A stretch of DNA of 64,000 bases, taken from the NCBI GenBank assembly GCA_905178155.1, contig CAJINV010000025.1:164453-228452 (forward strand). The letters run 5' to 3'. A program made the position numbers and the translations under genes. The stretch comes from Amoebophrya sp. A120. Its lineage: Eukaryota; Protista; Dinoflagellata. This document shows, piece after piece, positions 25,484 through 37,145 of the stretch. Below the pieces are notes generated by a model that made no database searches, was not told the origin of the DNA, and was given only the letters and a program-made list of their open reading frames with translations. How positions within the stretch are numbered: position 1 is the first letter of the stretch; each line of letters begins with the position of its first letter.

Positions 25484-26259
25484 AACAAGCAGTGGTTGTA
25501 TGTTGCAGATCTTTTTCAAGTGGAATTCGAGAGAATTTCAATTTTTCCGAAATGATACACACGCTGGTATTTTTCGACTATCACAATTCGAACACTTCTG
25601 CATGCATTCTCGTCCTGCGCCGAAAAGAACGACCACACTCCTAGTTGAGAAAAGAGGGGCGACGGTTTGAAACACTTGCTACTGCACGCACCCAAAATAC
25701 AACGAAAAATATTTGACTTTATTTTTGTGAAGAACTACTAGGTTTCGGTTTGTGCGAAGCAGAATTTTGTACTTACTTATTTGTTCGTACGTACACGACG
25801 GTCGTGCCAGGAGGTGTAAAAGTCTTGAGCTTCATACGTTCGTCGTTGGGCGATGCAATCGTTTTCGTTCGAGCTCGTTCTACTCCTTGTCGTCACCGTA
25901 CAGAATGCGTAGTACCAGTATTGAGCAACGTTCTGCGGATTCATGGTCCCAATTGTCGTCTAAGACCAAAGGCTTTCCTGCTTGTACTTGATTCCTTACT
26001 TGATGTTTTTTGTCAAAAACCGCAGGAAAATTTATATCAAGTACAGCTACTTGTGCTGGTGCACACGGTTACTGTTTTTTTTTGCGTTTGGCTTTGGAGG
26101 AACTCACTACAAAAATAGCTTCTGAGGTTGACCCTCACTCTTCCGAATTTACTCACATTAACTCCCTCAGCCACTACCTGTGGTTCGAAAAGAACTTCTC
26201 AGCCTCGAATTTTTAAAATCACCCCGACTCGTCGGAAGTAGAAGATCAGAGTCCAAATC

Positions 26260-27747
26260 ATGTATGGATTGCAAAAATGTCTGGGTCTGGAAACTTGTAA
26301 TGCTAAAAGTGAATGGTAGACGCACTGCAATACGCACCTTTGCATGACAAATTTTTTGGCTGCCATGTCTTACGTATTCCGCATGGCAAACTGCGTTTTT
26401 GCATGACAGGCAAGAGGGCCTTTTCGCGCCTATGCAACACAGATTCTCGAGCCATGCCAGACAAGCATGACAAACTTGCATTCTTTCAGACCCAGACATT
26501 TTCACAATCCATATCATGCCGAAAAAGACTACCACCTTGTTCGCCGGCGCACAGGTTGCGGTCGCGGCGAAGCAGGGTGGTGAAAATGTCGAGGACCAGA
26601 AGATGGCGGAGAAGTCGATCGCGAAGGGGGGGGGGTGCGGTTGGCATCGTCCATTCCCCGCGCACTTCCAAGATGATGGAGGACCGGGCAGGTACAGAAT
26701 ATCTTTGGATTTTTATAGAGGATGCTGCTGCTACTTGCGCATATTTTTTACGCGGGAGGAAGCGCAAGGTCATTTGAAGATAGGCGGATCAGAGTCGTTT
26801 GTCGCTTTATTTTCTTGGCATGCAGTCGTATTCAAATAGAAATGGTACTTATTTCGATTCTTATCGCTCGCAAGACAATAGATATAGAAGAAGCGCACTC
26901 GTGCACTTGCGCCCGCCGTAGGCGACGTTTCGCACATTGACTTTCACTTCTATTTTCTTGGCACGCAGTTGTATTCCAGTACAAATAGTATAATATACTA
27001 CTTTCAACGCGTACATCCAGTCAAAAAAATAGTACACCGATAGTCTGAACGCGTACATCCAGTACAAATAGTAAAATCGAATAATTCGATTCTTATCGTA
27101 ATCGCCCGATTTACTGTTACACTCGTGCACTTGCGCCCACCACCGTAGGCGACGTTTCGCACATTGACTTTCACTCATCAAAAACCCAAGGTAAAAGTAA
27201 AATTCCGCGGGGCTCGAGGACGCTGACGCAGTCCTTCAATGGCCTACGGGAACCGGTATTGAGTACTTCGAGTGGGTTCCTCTCACTCAGTATTGACCAA
27301 CATCGCTTGGCGGAACAAGCGACGTCGGCGAAATGTAAGCCCTACGACGGCGGGTGGGGAATGGATGATGAAGCGGAGTGTCCTTGCAAACAAGACGAGG
27401 TCGCGTACTACTACAAAGACAAATGGTTTGACAAAGCCTTGAATCATGTTCCCCTCATCCATGCTGGCAGGACAATGTACAAGTGCTTCAGCAGCTGCTC
27501 CGACCTCGGCGCCGCGATGAAAGATTACGAAGCCCCCCAGTGGCTCAAGCACGACAGTCGCGATCAGGATTGGAAACCAGTATGTGGCCAGTCACTGGAT
27601 TTCTTGAACGAGGCGTTGACAGATCAGGCGCAGTCACACGGCATCACTGGAAACTCCGGGACGCAATGCAAGTGGCAGCAAAGCGCGAGCAATTCGGGTG
27701 ATTACGAATGCGTGGAGACTAATCCCTTGACCTATGTTGTAAAATAG
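26260..27747 (+). CDS. Putative small Cys-rich (possibly secreted) protein; exon structure between about 26650 and 27190 uncertain
   Basis: The ATG lies inside the DR (tcatg) of introner 26263-26513, followed by PKKTTTLFAGAQVAV. Downstream ORF 27259-27747 has 8 Cys. Linkage of the two parts is inferred. Confidence 0.4.
26263..26513. mobile_element. Introner, family A
   Basis: Family TIRs; DR tcatg/tcatg. Confidence 0.92.
26896..27176. repeat. About 55-bp direct repeat pair
   Basis: CACTCGTGCACTTGCGCCC..CCGTAGGCGACGTTTCGCACATTGACTTTCACT at 26896 and 27120. Confidence 0.85.
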
Positions 27748-29114
27748 TTTAAGGGGCGAGTAAATTGCGGACGGATGGTGTGTATGAATATAAACCAAGG
27801 GGACTAGTACGTCCCTCGAAAGTCAACCGGGGCAGTTTCGGAAGACTGAGACAATAGGTGTCATTTTTTAGCTACTTGCAATACACAATTTACCACAACA
27901 TCAACCAAATCCGTTTCTCGTCGTCTCGATTTGCCTCATCTGATGCAAAGGTCTGACTCCTTCTCTTTTCCGTGACTTCCGACCGTGGTTGATTCTCAAC
28001 AAAAATGTAAAATGGAAATATGTACGATGTACGCATATTGCTTCCCGAAACCGGCCCCCATACTGGCGATTTGACTTTTTCCAGTAAAGCTTTCCCCTAT
28101 CAAGTTTCAAAACCTTTCTTCTTTTTTTCAGCCCTAAACCCAATCAAGTTTTTTGAGCTTTACCCTTGTTATAGTTTCAGACCTGCCCCAACAAACAGAT
28201 CAACACCTTTCAAGCCCTCTTTTTCGCAGCCTTTTCGATTTTTACTTTTCGCTCTGTCTCACAGAGGTCTACCTCCAAACTCTTACAGGAACATTTCATT
28301 CTAGCTGCCTCCCAACCTTTCCCTACTTTGGTCTAAATCCGGCCTCGATTCAAATCAATTTCACGCACAGGTGTTTGAGATTGAGCTGACAACTGCCCAG
28401 ACTGGACAGAGACGACACAAAGTCGCGCGCGGCCTGCCTCCGCGGTTTCGGAAATGAATCCTTTTTAAGCGCCGCTCTCGGAAGATCATCCCGATCTGGA
28501 TCTGCGGCTAGGCCTAGGTTAGTAGATGATTGACACGATGAAAATATATGCGAAGGGTTTTTGTTCATCCACATTTTCTGCTCCTGGTTCTTGATGTAGT
28601 TGTAAATGGAAATTGCAAGAGTTATACTTCTATGACATGCAAAAGCTCATCGGTATCCGTCTATGACATGCAAAAGCATCGCGCTAGGATAAATTGCATT
28701 ACAAATTGACTCGGCATTTTTACAAATTGAATTTGTGATGCGGATTTCACCTAAGAAAAAGATTTGTAATGCATAAAAGCAATCTTAATGTGGCCGCACC
28801 TCGGTCATCCTCCCTCGTCCATCGGTAGAAGTGGCAAGAAGTAGTACTACTCCGAATCGTCATCGGTATGATTCTCACCTGCTGTCCCCCGTCCTCGTGT
28901 GGGACTACTACAAACAGCACCACTAGTTAATTATATCGGTAATATGCCAACACAACAAGTGTAATCGTCGGTCGTACTAGCTCTAGCGCCGTCGCCGTCG
29001 GTCGTACCAGTATGGTGTCATCGTTGGGAAGAATGCAAGGCCGTCGGTCTACTTTTGAACGGTCAAGTAGGACGAGCTCGCGTGGGCCAGCACAGTTGTT
29101 CCATATTCAAATCG

Positions 29115-29923
29115 TATGTAGTGAGGTCACGAACGTTCTAATCTAGCGGTTTTTTTGACAGGCAGTGCGCAAAATGACCGGCAGTTTTCAATCGGCCGGA
29201 GGCGTTTTTTGACATAAAAAGTTTCTAATTATCAATCGGCCGGGGCTTTGCCAACAAACAAGCCCGGGCGGATTCTATCGGTTCCCGATTGATAAAACGA
29301 CGCAAGGGGGCCGGCAAAAGGGGCGCCCTTCTGAGGCGCCCGGCGCATCTGTTGCCGCCGATTTGGGGCGCCCAAAAAGGGGCGCCAAGAAAATGCAAAG
29401 ACGACAAAAACCCTGAATCCGCATGGTATGGGCCGTATTTTGGCCCACTTTTGGAGGTCGGAAAGCCGGCCACCAAAAGCGGGCGTTTGTAATGCGGAGA
29501 GCAGGGCAAAAAGTGCGACTTTCAACAAAAAAAATACGAAAATGCAAAGGCCGCCAAAATCTGTGAGCTGACCCGCATGCTACGGGCCCGATTTGGGGCG
29601 CCCAAGGGGCCGGCCCCGGCGGAGGCCCTTGGGGGGCCATAGCATGCGGGAAAGCGTTTCGATTCAGGAGGCGGCAGGGGCGCGGCTTTTCAACAAAAAA
29701 AGCCAAAGGACGCAAATCCCGCCAAAAGCAGCATGCCAACCCGCATGCTATGGGCCCGATTTGGGGGGCCCACAGGGCCGACCCTGGCGGAGGCCCTTGT
29801 GGGGCCATAGCATGCGGGAGAGCGTCTCTCCTCTGAAAAGAGCGAAAAGACCCGGCTTCGTCCAGTCAAAAAGACCCCGCGTGACCTCACTACCCCCGCC
29901 TCCCTCGGCGGCTATATTTGGTA
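29115..29923 (+). mobile_element. Non-autonomous Helentron/Helitron2-like element, copy 1
   Basis: 5' TATGTAGTGAGGTCAC, subterminal inverted GTGACCTCACTAC, then CCGCC..GGCGG hairpin and CTATATTTGGTA. Homologous to 41091-41822. Confidence 0.7.
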
Positions 29924-30196
29924 TTGAGCGGTCAAGTAGGACGCGCTCGCGGAGGCCAGCACAGTTGTTCCATCTTCAAATCGTCGTTCCTGAAAGAACA
30001 GCAACCTCGTCGTGCGACAGCAACACCTCTGTGAGTTACTTACTATAAACTTTAACTTTTTTGGAAGATACTACCGACACACCAAACTCCAACCCACCTT
30101 CTGTTCAACAGAATAGCTGCTGAACATCAAGAGAATTTGAATTGCTTCAAGAAGTACAACTAAGACTAACTAGCGTGCCCTTCTTTATTCTTGTGT

Positions 30197-30475
30197 TATC
30201 CTGAGTAAAAACGTACCCACACCAGAGTCAGGATGGGGATTTTGCAACACAAACCTAGGAGTTTTGTGAGTCACGCACGACAAGTTGCGCTCTGCAGTGT
30301 AGTGCAGGTTAGCAAGTGCAGCCGCGTCACAGATTCATCTGCTCATCCTTTTCACAGCATCACAAATTCCAAAACACGATTGAAAATGGCTCTCATGCGG
30401 ATGCGCATTACAAGTCTTCCTGTCTTTGCAAATCTGCATTACAACTCTGGTATGGGTACGTTTTTCCTCAGGATA
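30197..30475. mobile_element. Introner-family element D in apparent UTR or intergenic DNA
   Basis: Family TIRs; DR tgtgt/tgtgt; very similar to 57780-58058. Confidence 0.92.
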
Positions 30476-30640
30476 TGTGTGCGCTCATACTTACGTGAAG
30501 ATCAGTAGACTTTCACCAGGAAAAATACAGAAGAAGAATTTCCACCTCCAGGAATAATAATTATTAAAGTAGGACTGGAAAACTGCACGGAGTCTAGTAC
30601 AACTTGGGCTCCTTACAACTTAGTTTACTTCACTACGGTC

Positions 30641-31966
30641 ATGCCCATTATGTTGCGGAGCAAGACTAGCGCCGCTGCGCTGATGGCAGCCGCAGCGAGT
30701 TTATCAAATGCAAAAATGTCTGGGTCTGGAACTACACAGCAACTTGTCATGCTCAATCTGAATCATGTAAAAATCTGTGTTGCATGATTACCAAAAGCTG
30801 TTCACTTTTGAGCTAATCGAGAGGCAGTTTCTCGTGCAGGATAGGCATGATAGAACACTCACAGAATCTGTCATGCTATGTCGTACATACCAGATACGAC
30901 CTCGTGGGTCATGGAAAACCTGCATGACAAGTCTGGCACTCATCTTCCAGACCCAGACACTTTGGCAGTTGATAGAGTTTTCCCACCTGCGCGGTTGTGC
31001 CAGTGGAGGCCGTCATGATGCCGATTCCTTCTCGTACTTCTACACCACAACCCGACACTATGGAGAGAAAAAAAGTTGTCACAGTCACTAACTTCTTGCA
31101 GGTTTTGCATTACAATTTTTTTTAGCATGATCACAACTTTTCCTTGTATTGCAGAAGCACTAGGGATGAAACAAATCCCTTACGGAGCGTGGTTGTGATG
31201 CATTTTCACGCATGACAGAGGATTTTGCATTGCAAAAATGCGCATGGGTGATCGTGGCGAAGAACTTTTTTTGTTTGATAGACAAGGCGGGGCCGCCGTA
31301 CAAGGACGAAGCCGCGGTCACGACCGACGTTCCTGATATCAAGTGTAAAAATCCCTGGATGTCTGGAAGAATGCAACTTGTCATGCTAAATCTGAAGCAT
31401 GCAAAAATCTGTGTTGCATGATTACCAAAAGTCGTCCAGTTTTGACCAAGTCGGGAGGGAGTTTCTCATGCAGGATAGGCATGAGAGAGATCGGACAGAA
31501 TCTGTCACGCTAGGTCCTGCATTCCAGACCCCGTGGCTCATGGAAAAGCTGCATGACAAATCGCGCATTCTTCCAGACCCAGACATTTTCACACTTGATA
31601 CCTGATGCCGTATTACAAATTGCTGATGCTGCGGTCACGACCTCCGACGTTATTACCGAAGCCAAGGAAGCCATGGAGCGAGCCAACACGACCAAGGGCC
31701 TCGCAATGGACAGCGCAGCCAAAGCCAAAGGACACGCAGAGGAAGCCATTAAATTTGCCAACAAGGACGATCCGGAGCGCTACGACTTGACGAAAGCACA
31801 AGACAAACTACAAACCGCCATCGGTGAGGCCAAGGCCGCCGCGGCTCACATCGAAGGGCTTCGCGCTGAAGTTGAAGCAGCCCAGACCCAGGCCGCCGCG
31901 GCTCACATCGAAGGGCTTCACGCTGAAGTTGAAGCAGCCCAGACCCAGATCCAGACCCAGACGTAG
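30641..31966 (+). CDS. Putative secreted Ala-rich coiled-coil protein, about 183 aa. Exons 30641-30701, 30980-31058, 31286-31336, 31606-31966
   Basis: Signal-like MPIMLRSKTSAAALMAAAASFPTCAVVPVEA. Frame kept across 3 introners (552 nt). C-terminal duplicated AAAAHIEGL.AEVEAAQTQ. Confidence 0.65.
30702..30974. mobile_element. Introner, family A
   Basis: Family TIRs; DR gagtt/gagtt. Confidence 0.92.
31059..31280. mobile_element. Introner, family H-like
   Basis: TAT...ATA with AAAAAAAGTT/AACTTTTTTT; DR gacac/gacaa. Confidence 0.82.
31337..31600. mobile_element. Introner, family A
   Basis: Family TIRs; DR cctga/cctga. Confidence 0.92.
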
Positions 31967-32229
31967 TTCTCTTTTATTTTCTTCTTTCAAAAGTTGAACT
32001 TTTGAACGACTTGAACTTTTAAAGTTCAAGTCGTTCTCTTCCCTGTGCTGTACTATGGTCTTGTTTCCAGACAAAACACCAGACACTTTTACATTTGATA
32101 AGGTTTGTCATCCGACAGGCAGAGGACGGACCCAAAGTGGTTCGCTTTGGTTTCGTTCTCCGTTCATATGCAAAAATAAAAAGAGGCACAAGGAGCCGCA
32201 GCCGCCGCGAGCGAATCATCCGAAATGAA

Positions 32230-33951
32230 AAAACGTCAGGTTGTACCTCATATCAAATGCAAAAGTGTCTGGGTCTGGAAGATTGCGAGACTTGTCATGC
32301 TTGTCTGGCAAGACCAAAAAGTTTGTGATGCGTGTCCAAGAAGAGACCCTTTTGCCTGTCATGCAAAAACGCAGTTTGTCATGCGAAAAACGCAACACAA
32401 AAAAGCGCGGACATTTCTCATGCTTGCCTGTGCATTACAAAGCATTCACTATTCCCAACGCAGCATTACAAGTTTCCAGACCCAGACATTTTTGCAGTTG
32501 ATACCTCCGCGACGCCGAAGACGCGGTCCGCACGGCGGACGCGCTCATCCTCTCTATGAATTGCAAGAGTAACGTACTAGTATAAATTGCAATACAAATT
32601 GCCTCAGCATTACAAATTGAATTTGTAATGCGGATTTGCCTTGGGAACTAGATTTGTAATGCATAAATGCAATTAGTACGAGTACGATACTTTTGCACAG
32701 GATACTCTCCGCGAAGGAACAAGGGGTTCCGCTTCCGCAGGAACCGAAATCGCCAGAGGTAGTATGCACTTGGAAAGAGAAAGGCCCCGCACTACCCGCG
32801 CTAGTCGTCTCTCATAGCGCAGCCCGCATGTTAGTGATAGTCAGACGATGGATGCGCATCAAGGGCTCCCGGAAATTTATGCTATGGCGCTTCAGGAGAG
32901 GCATGCCCGAGGTGCCGGTGGCCGGAAACGGAGGCAGTTTTTTTGCATAAATGCAGGTCTGGAGACAATAAAGTTCCTCGTAGTTGTATAGGAACACTTT
33001 AGAGGGCCGTGGCGCGGGTAGTTCTCAGGCGACCTATTTGTGCATTGGGATATCTGTCTGGGTGGAGCAAAGTTGAGTCTGCGGGGAAGTTGGGGGCGCA
33101 TGCTGGCGCCGCAGTTGCACGCAAAACGGGTCAGTTTGTTCAAAACTATGCTTGGCCCGCGACGAAGTGGACGGCGCATGCTGGCGCCGCAGTTGCACGC
33201 AAAACGGATCAGTTTGTTCAAAACTATGCTTGGCCCGCGGCGAAGTGGACGGCGCATGCTGGCGCCGTATCATATGTAAAAACGTCCCCACCCCATAGTC
33301 AAGTTGGAAAATTAGCAACACAAATCCAGAAGTTTTGGGAGACACGCATGACAAGCTACAGTCCGTAGCGTAGTGCACATTAGCAAGGACAACCACATCA
33401 CAAATCCATCTGTTTATCCTGTTTACAGCATTACAAATTCCAAAACACGATTGGAAATGCCTGTAATGGAGATGCGCATTGCAAATCTTCCTGTGATTGC
33501 AAATCTGCATGACAACTCTGGGGTGGGGATGTTTTTACATAGGATACGCCGCAGTTGTTCGCAACACGCATCGGGCTGCCAAGGCAGGTTACGATGGATT
33601 GAAACCGCGGGAGGCTGTATGCAAATATATCTTATCTCAGGAAAAAAGTGTTACAGTTACACACATAGTCTATGCAGGCCAAGCAAGACAGACAAGCTCT
33701 GTCATGCCGGATATGCATAGGAGCCTTGTTTCATAGGTGTTTTCATCCCGTAGGATTTCTGCATTACAAGTTTTCTCTCTCATGCAGAGAAATTTGTGTT
33801 GCTGAATTGACTACAAATGTGTAACTGTAACACTTTTTTCGTGGGATATATCTGGGCCTGGAATCAGTATCAGACCTGTGATGAGCTGAAGCATAATCAT
33901 CTCAAGGGCATCAAGAAGATGAAGAGTTGCGATGCATGGGGAGGAGTGTAG
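32230..33951 (+). CDS. Hypothetical protein with a 26-aa tandem repeat; 5' end uncertain
   Basis: Exon pieces join across introners 32251, 32555, 33268 and 33633. Repeat AHAGAAVARKT.QFVQNYAWPA.KWT. Possible GT-AG intron 32759-33002. Stop TAG at 33949-33951. Confidence 0.45.
32251..32503. mobile_element. Introner, family A
   Basis: Family TIRs; DR cctca/cctcc. Confidence 0.9.
32555..32704. mobile_element. Introner, family C
   Basis: Family TIRs; DR ctctc/ctctc. Confidence 0.92.
33268..33546. mobile_element. Introner, family D (opposite orientation to 17774)
   Basis: Family TIRs; DR cgccg/cgccg. Confidence 0.92.
33633..33848. mobile_element. Introner, family G (opposite orientation to 15120)
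   Basis: Family TIRs; DR tatct/tatct. Confidence 0.92.
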
Positions 33952-34113
33952 TGTTTTTTTGTCCTCGTGCATAGGAAAAAGAGGGAGCCACTTTGTTTAT
34001 TTCCCTGCAATAAATTACGAAGAAGCCCAGATCATGCGTATAAAAATTCGCAACAAGCAGAGTCGGAGCAAAACTTCTTTATGCGCCAGCTCTCATAGTT
34101 GTACTATAGCAAG

Positions 34114-35069
34114 TACTTAACCTTGTCGTGCTTGTAGTACACGACGAAACGAGAGACGAGCCGCTGTGAAAGGCAAAATAAAACAAGAAGCAAGCGTGTG
34201 GGCGATATGCCCACACGCAGTGCCTGCCACTGGGAAGCAAGACCTGTGGCGAAGCCCTGCTACTAGAGCCGCGCGCGCGATTTACAATTAGCGCCAGCAG
34301 GTGCGCAGCGGTTCACAGGAGGGTTGCGGCTGTGTTTATTTCTTTCGCTTTTTGTATAATGTGCCTACGCCAAGCGACCACCGGCGACCCATACCTCCAC
34401 AAATCGCAGCTACAGCTAGCCGAAACGCATGCACCCAGGGGGGCGGCGCCCTGGCGCTGGCACTAGTCGCGCCTGGGTGGCTGCATTGAAAACAGAGAGG
34501 GCGGCCACGCCTGCGGCGGATTTCTAGTCCCTTGCCAATAGGGGGCGCGTCTGTCCTCGCCGAATGTAACGAGAATAAAAGCCTTATTCTTTGGCCCGAT
34601 TGCTGGGCCCTGCTTCTCGTTCTGGCACTACAGGCGCCGGGCGGGCCAACCGTTCTAATTTTTGGGCTGCCCTTGGCGGTTTGCGCCTGCCAGTCTTCTA
34701 TTTATTTTTCTTCTCCCGGTTTTTTGTGCGTTCGCGAGCACCGGGCACCTGAAGTAGAAGTATTTACCTACCTATTTTGCTGCCTTGCCTTTTGTTGCTT
34801 GGCAGGGCAACTGAAGTTTTTTTCGTGCGTCGGCTGCCCCTCCTGCCAAAACCCCACCTCGCCCAGAAGGCGCCTCCCCTTCGGCCAAGCTTCTGTATTA
34901 TTTAGCCGCTTCCAGGAGAGCTAGTTGCTGCAGTGCGATTTTTCTATTGTTATGCGCAGATCTTTCCCGCGCCGTTGTGCCAACACGGCGGCGCGAGTGC
35001 AACATACTTAACCTTGTCGTGCTTGTAGTACACGACGAAACGAGAGACGAACCGCTGTGAAACGCAAAA
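34114..35069. mobile_element. About 826-bp GC-rich insert between 65-bp direct repeats
   Basis: 34114-34178 matches 35005-35069 (2 mismatches). Hairpin GCGTGTGGGC-gatat-GCCCACACGC near the left end. Confidence 0.6.
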
Positions 35070-35251
35070 AAAAGCGGCACAAATCAGCGGCATCCACCCT
35101 CAGCGTCCAGAGATATTTGCATTGGATATTAGGCTGGTACTAGCACCGCGACGGATACGGATACGGACACGGACGTCCACGCGTCCGCTGTGGATCATCC
35201 GTGGTAGAACCGGACGGACACGGACGAGAACAAGTAGACGGACACGGACGA

Positions 35252-35573
35252 TATCAAAATGAAAAATCCCCCCTCCCCATATCAAAACGGAAATTTGTGA
35301 TGCTGATTTGTGACCACAAATAAGCTTTGTAGTGCAGAGAGGCACTGCGGCCAGATCCCCAGGCTAGGTAGGGGCGTGTGGGTCTAGTAGTTCAGCATGG
35401 CAAACGGCTTGCCTTTGAGCCCACCAGCATGACAAATCGCTTCCCTAATGGGGCGAAAGCTTCTGCCCTTGTCCTCTTGCAAGACAGATGTGATTTGTGA
35501 CCTCAAATCCGCAACGCAAATCTTTGGAAACATACCTTTTCAATATGGGGAGGGGGGATTTTTCCTCTCAATA
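35252..35573. mobile_element. Introner, family E
   Basis: Family TIRs; DR gacga/gacga. Confidence 0.92.
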
Positions 35574-37145
35574 GACGAGAGCAAGTACTTAGACGGACAC
35601 GGTTGGAGACAACGCAGAAGGAGCGCAAAAAAAATTGTCGCGCTGAACAGCCAACAGCTACGGCGCATTCGTCTTCCAATGCTATATATGGGATATTTAT
35701 AGTATTTGGGGCAGTTGTGTCGCTGCATTTTCATTTTGTGAAAGCCTTTCCAGTGAAATTTCCAAAAAATGAGAACTCCATGCGCGCCACGGCGCGTCTT
35801 CTTTCCACTTAAAAAATGATCTTAATATAATTTTACAGACGAGGAAAAAAAAGAACAAAGTTTTCTTACACCCGTGCAAGGGGACGACCTCTAGCTCTAC
35901 TTGTACGCTGACCGAGCAGCAGGACACTTTTTTTGAGACTGCCTCGGATGTTACTTGCACAAATACACCAGGATGGAAGCTCACGCACACACAATTTTGT
36001 ATAGTGACCATTTCATGTGTGCCGGCGCTTTGTTGCGGCGTCGCACAATGGATGTCAACAACAAGTCTCATCTCTTCAGTTTTGCGAGTCGACTATCTTC
36101 ACAGAGCCACAAGCGCAGATCGAGATCGGGGACCTCACTTCTCGAAAACAATAAAATAGATCCCGAACTACAAGTTCTTTCGGACAGTGGACTCTGAGTT
36201 GTATATATAATTTGGCAAGAAGAAGTCAGAATCCCATGCGGTTTGGGAAATGAATCATTTCTAAGCGCCGCTCCCGGAAGATCCCGACCTGGATCTGCGG
36301 CTAGCTTGTTGGATGGTTGACACGAAACATGTGAAAGGGGTTGTTCCGCATTTTCTGCTCCTGGTTCTTGATGTGGTTGGCTGTTAAAGAACGTGTAACC
36401 ACGGACATTTTGTGCTTCGGTCCTCTTCTTCAGATTGACTGAGACAAAACCAAAAGACGAAATAAGGCACCGTAGGTACTAATACTAAAACTAAAACTGA
36501 ACCGCAATCGTCCTCGAACTGCCTGTATGTAGTAACGCAAGCGGAGTGAAAAACTCCCAGTAGCTCTTCTCGCCTGTGGTTTCGACCGAAGAAGTACTAC
36601 TGATCTAGCAGCTGTTCCTTCGAAGAAGATCATCCTCTCGTCGTCCCTGCTGCACCAAAGGACTAATGTGATTTTTTCCTTCTGTTTGCTTGTGGTGGTT
36701 CTGTTATATTGCCCGGTCTTCTTGCTTCTTGGTCGTGATGATGTCTGAGAACCTAAAGATTTTTTCTCAAGCAATGCACAAGGTTCCTCCTGCGACCGCT
36801 TATCAATAACGTTGCCAACGTTCTTGTAGTAAAATTGTACTAATCATTATATACCAGCAGAAGTAGACCAGCTTCTGTTCGCCTTCGCACGCATAAGTAG
36901 CCATAGAGTTGTACGACTGAGGTAGTGGTTGTCAGAAACAAAGCGACTTGTCTGTCGTGTGCACTGCACACGCCCCGCTCACCACGCCCCTGCCACAGCA
37001 GTAGGCCCAACCACGCCCGAGAAACGAAGGACGTCAGTCGGACCAGGAACGGTACATAGTAACTCCGTAGTTGCACCAGCAGAAGAGCCGCCCACGACGA
37101 GGTCCCGGACACTAATATACGGTGCCACCAGTGTACAGCTAAAGC

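Noticed and set aside
28631-28790. Complete family-C introner
   Set aside because: Duplicated left TIR but no right TIR or DR, so it is treated as a decayed fragment, like the solo ends near 32063-32100 and 35105-35127.
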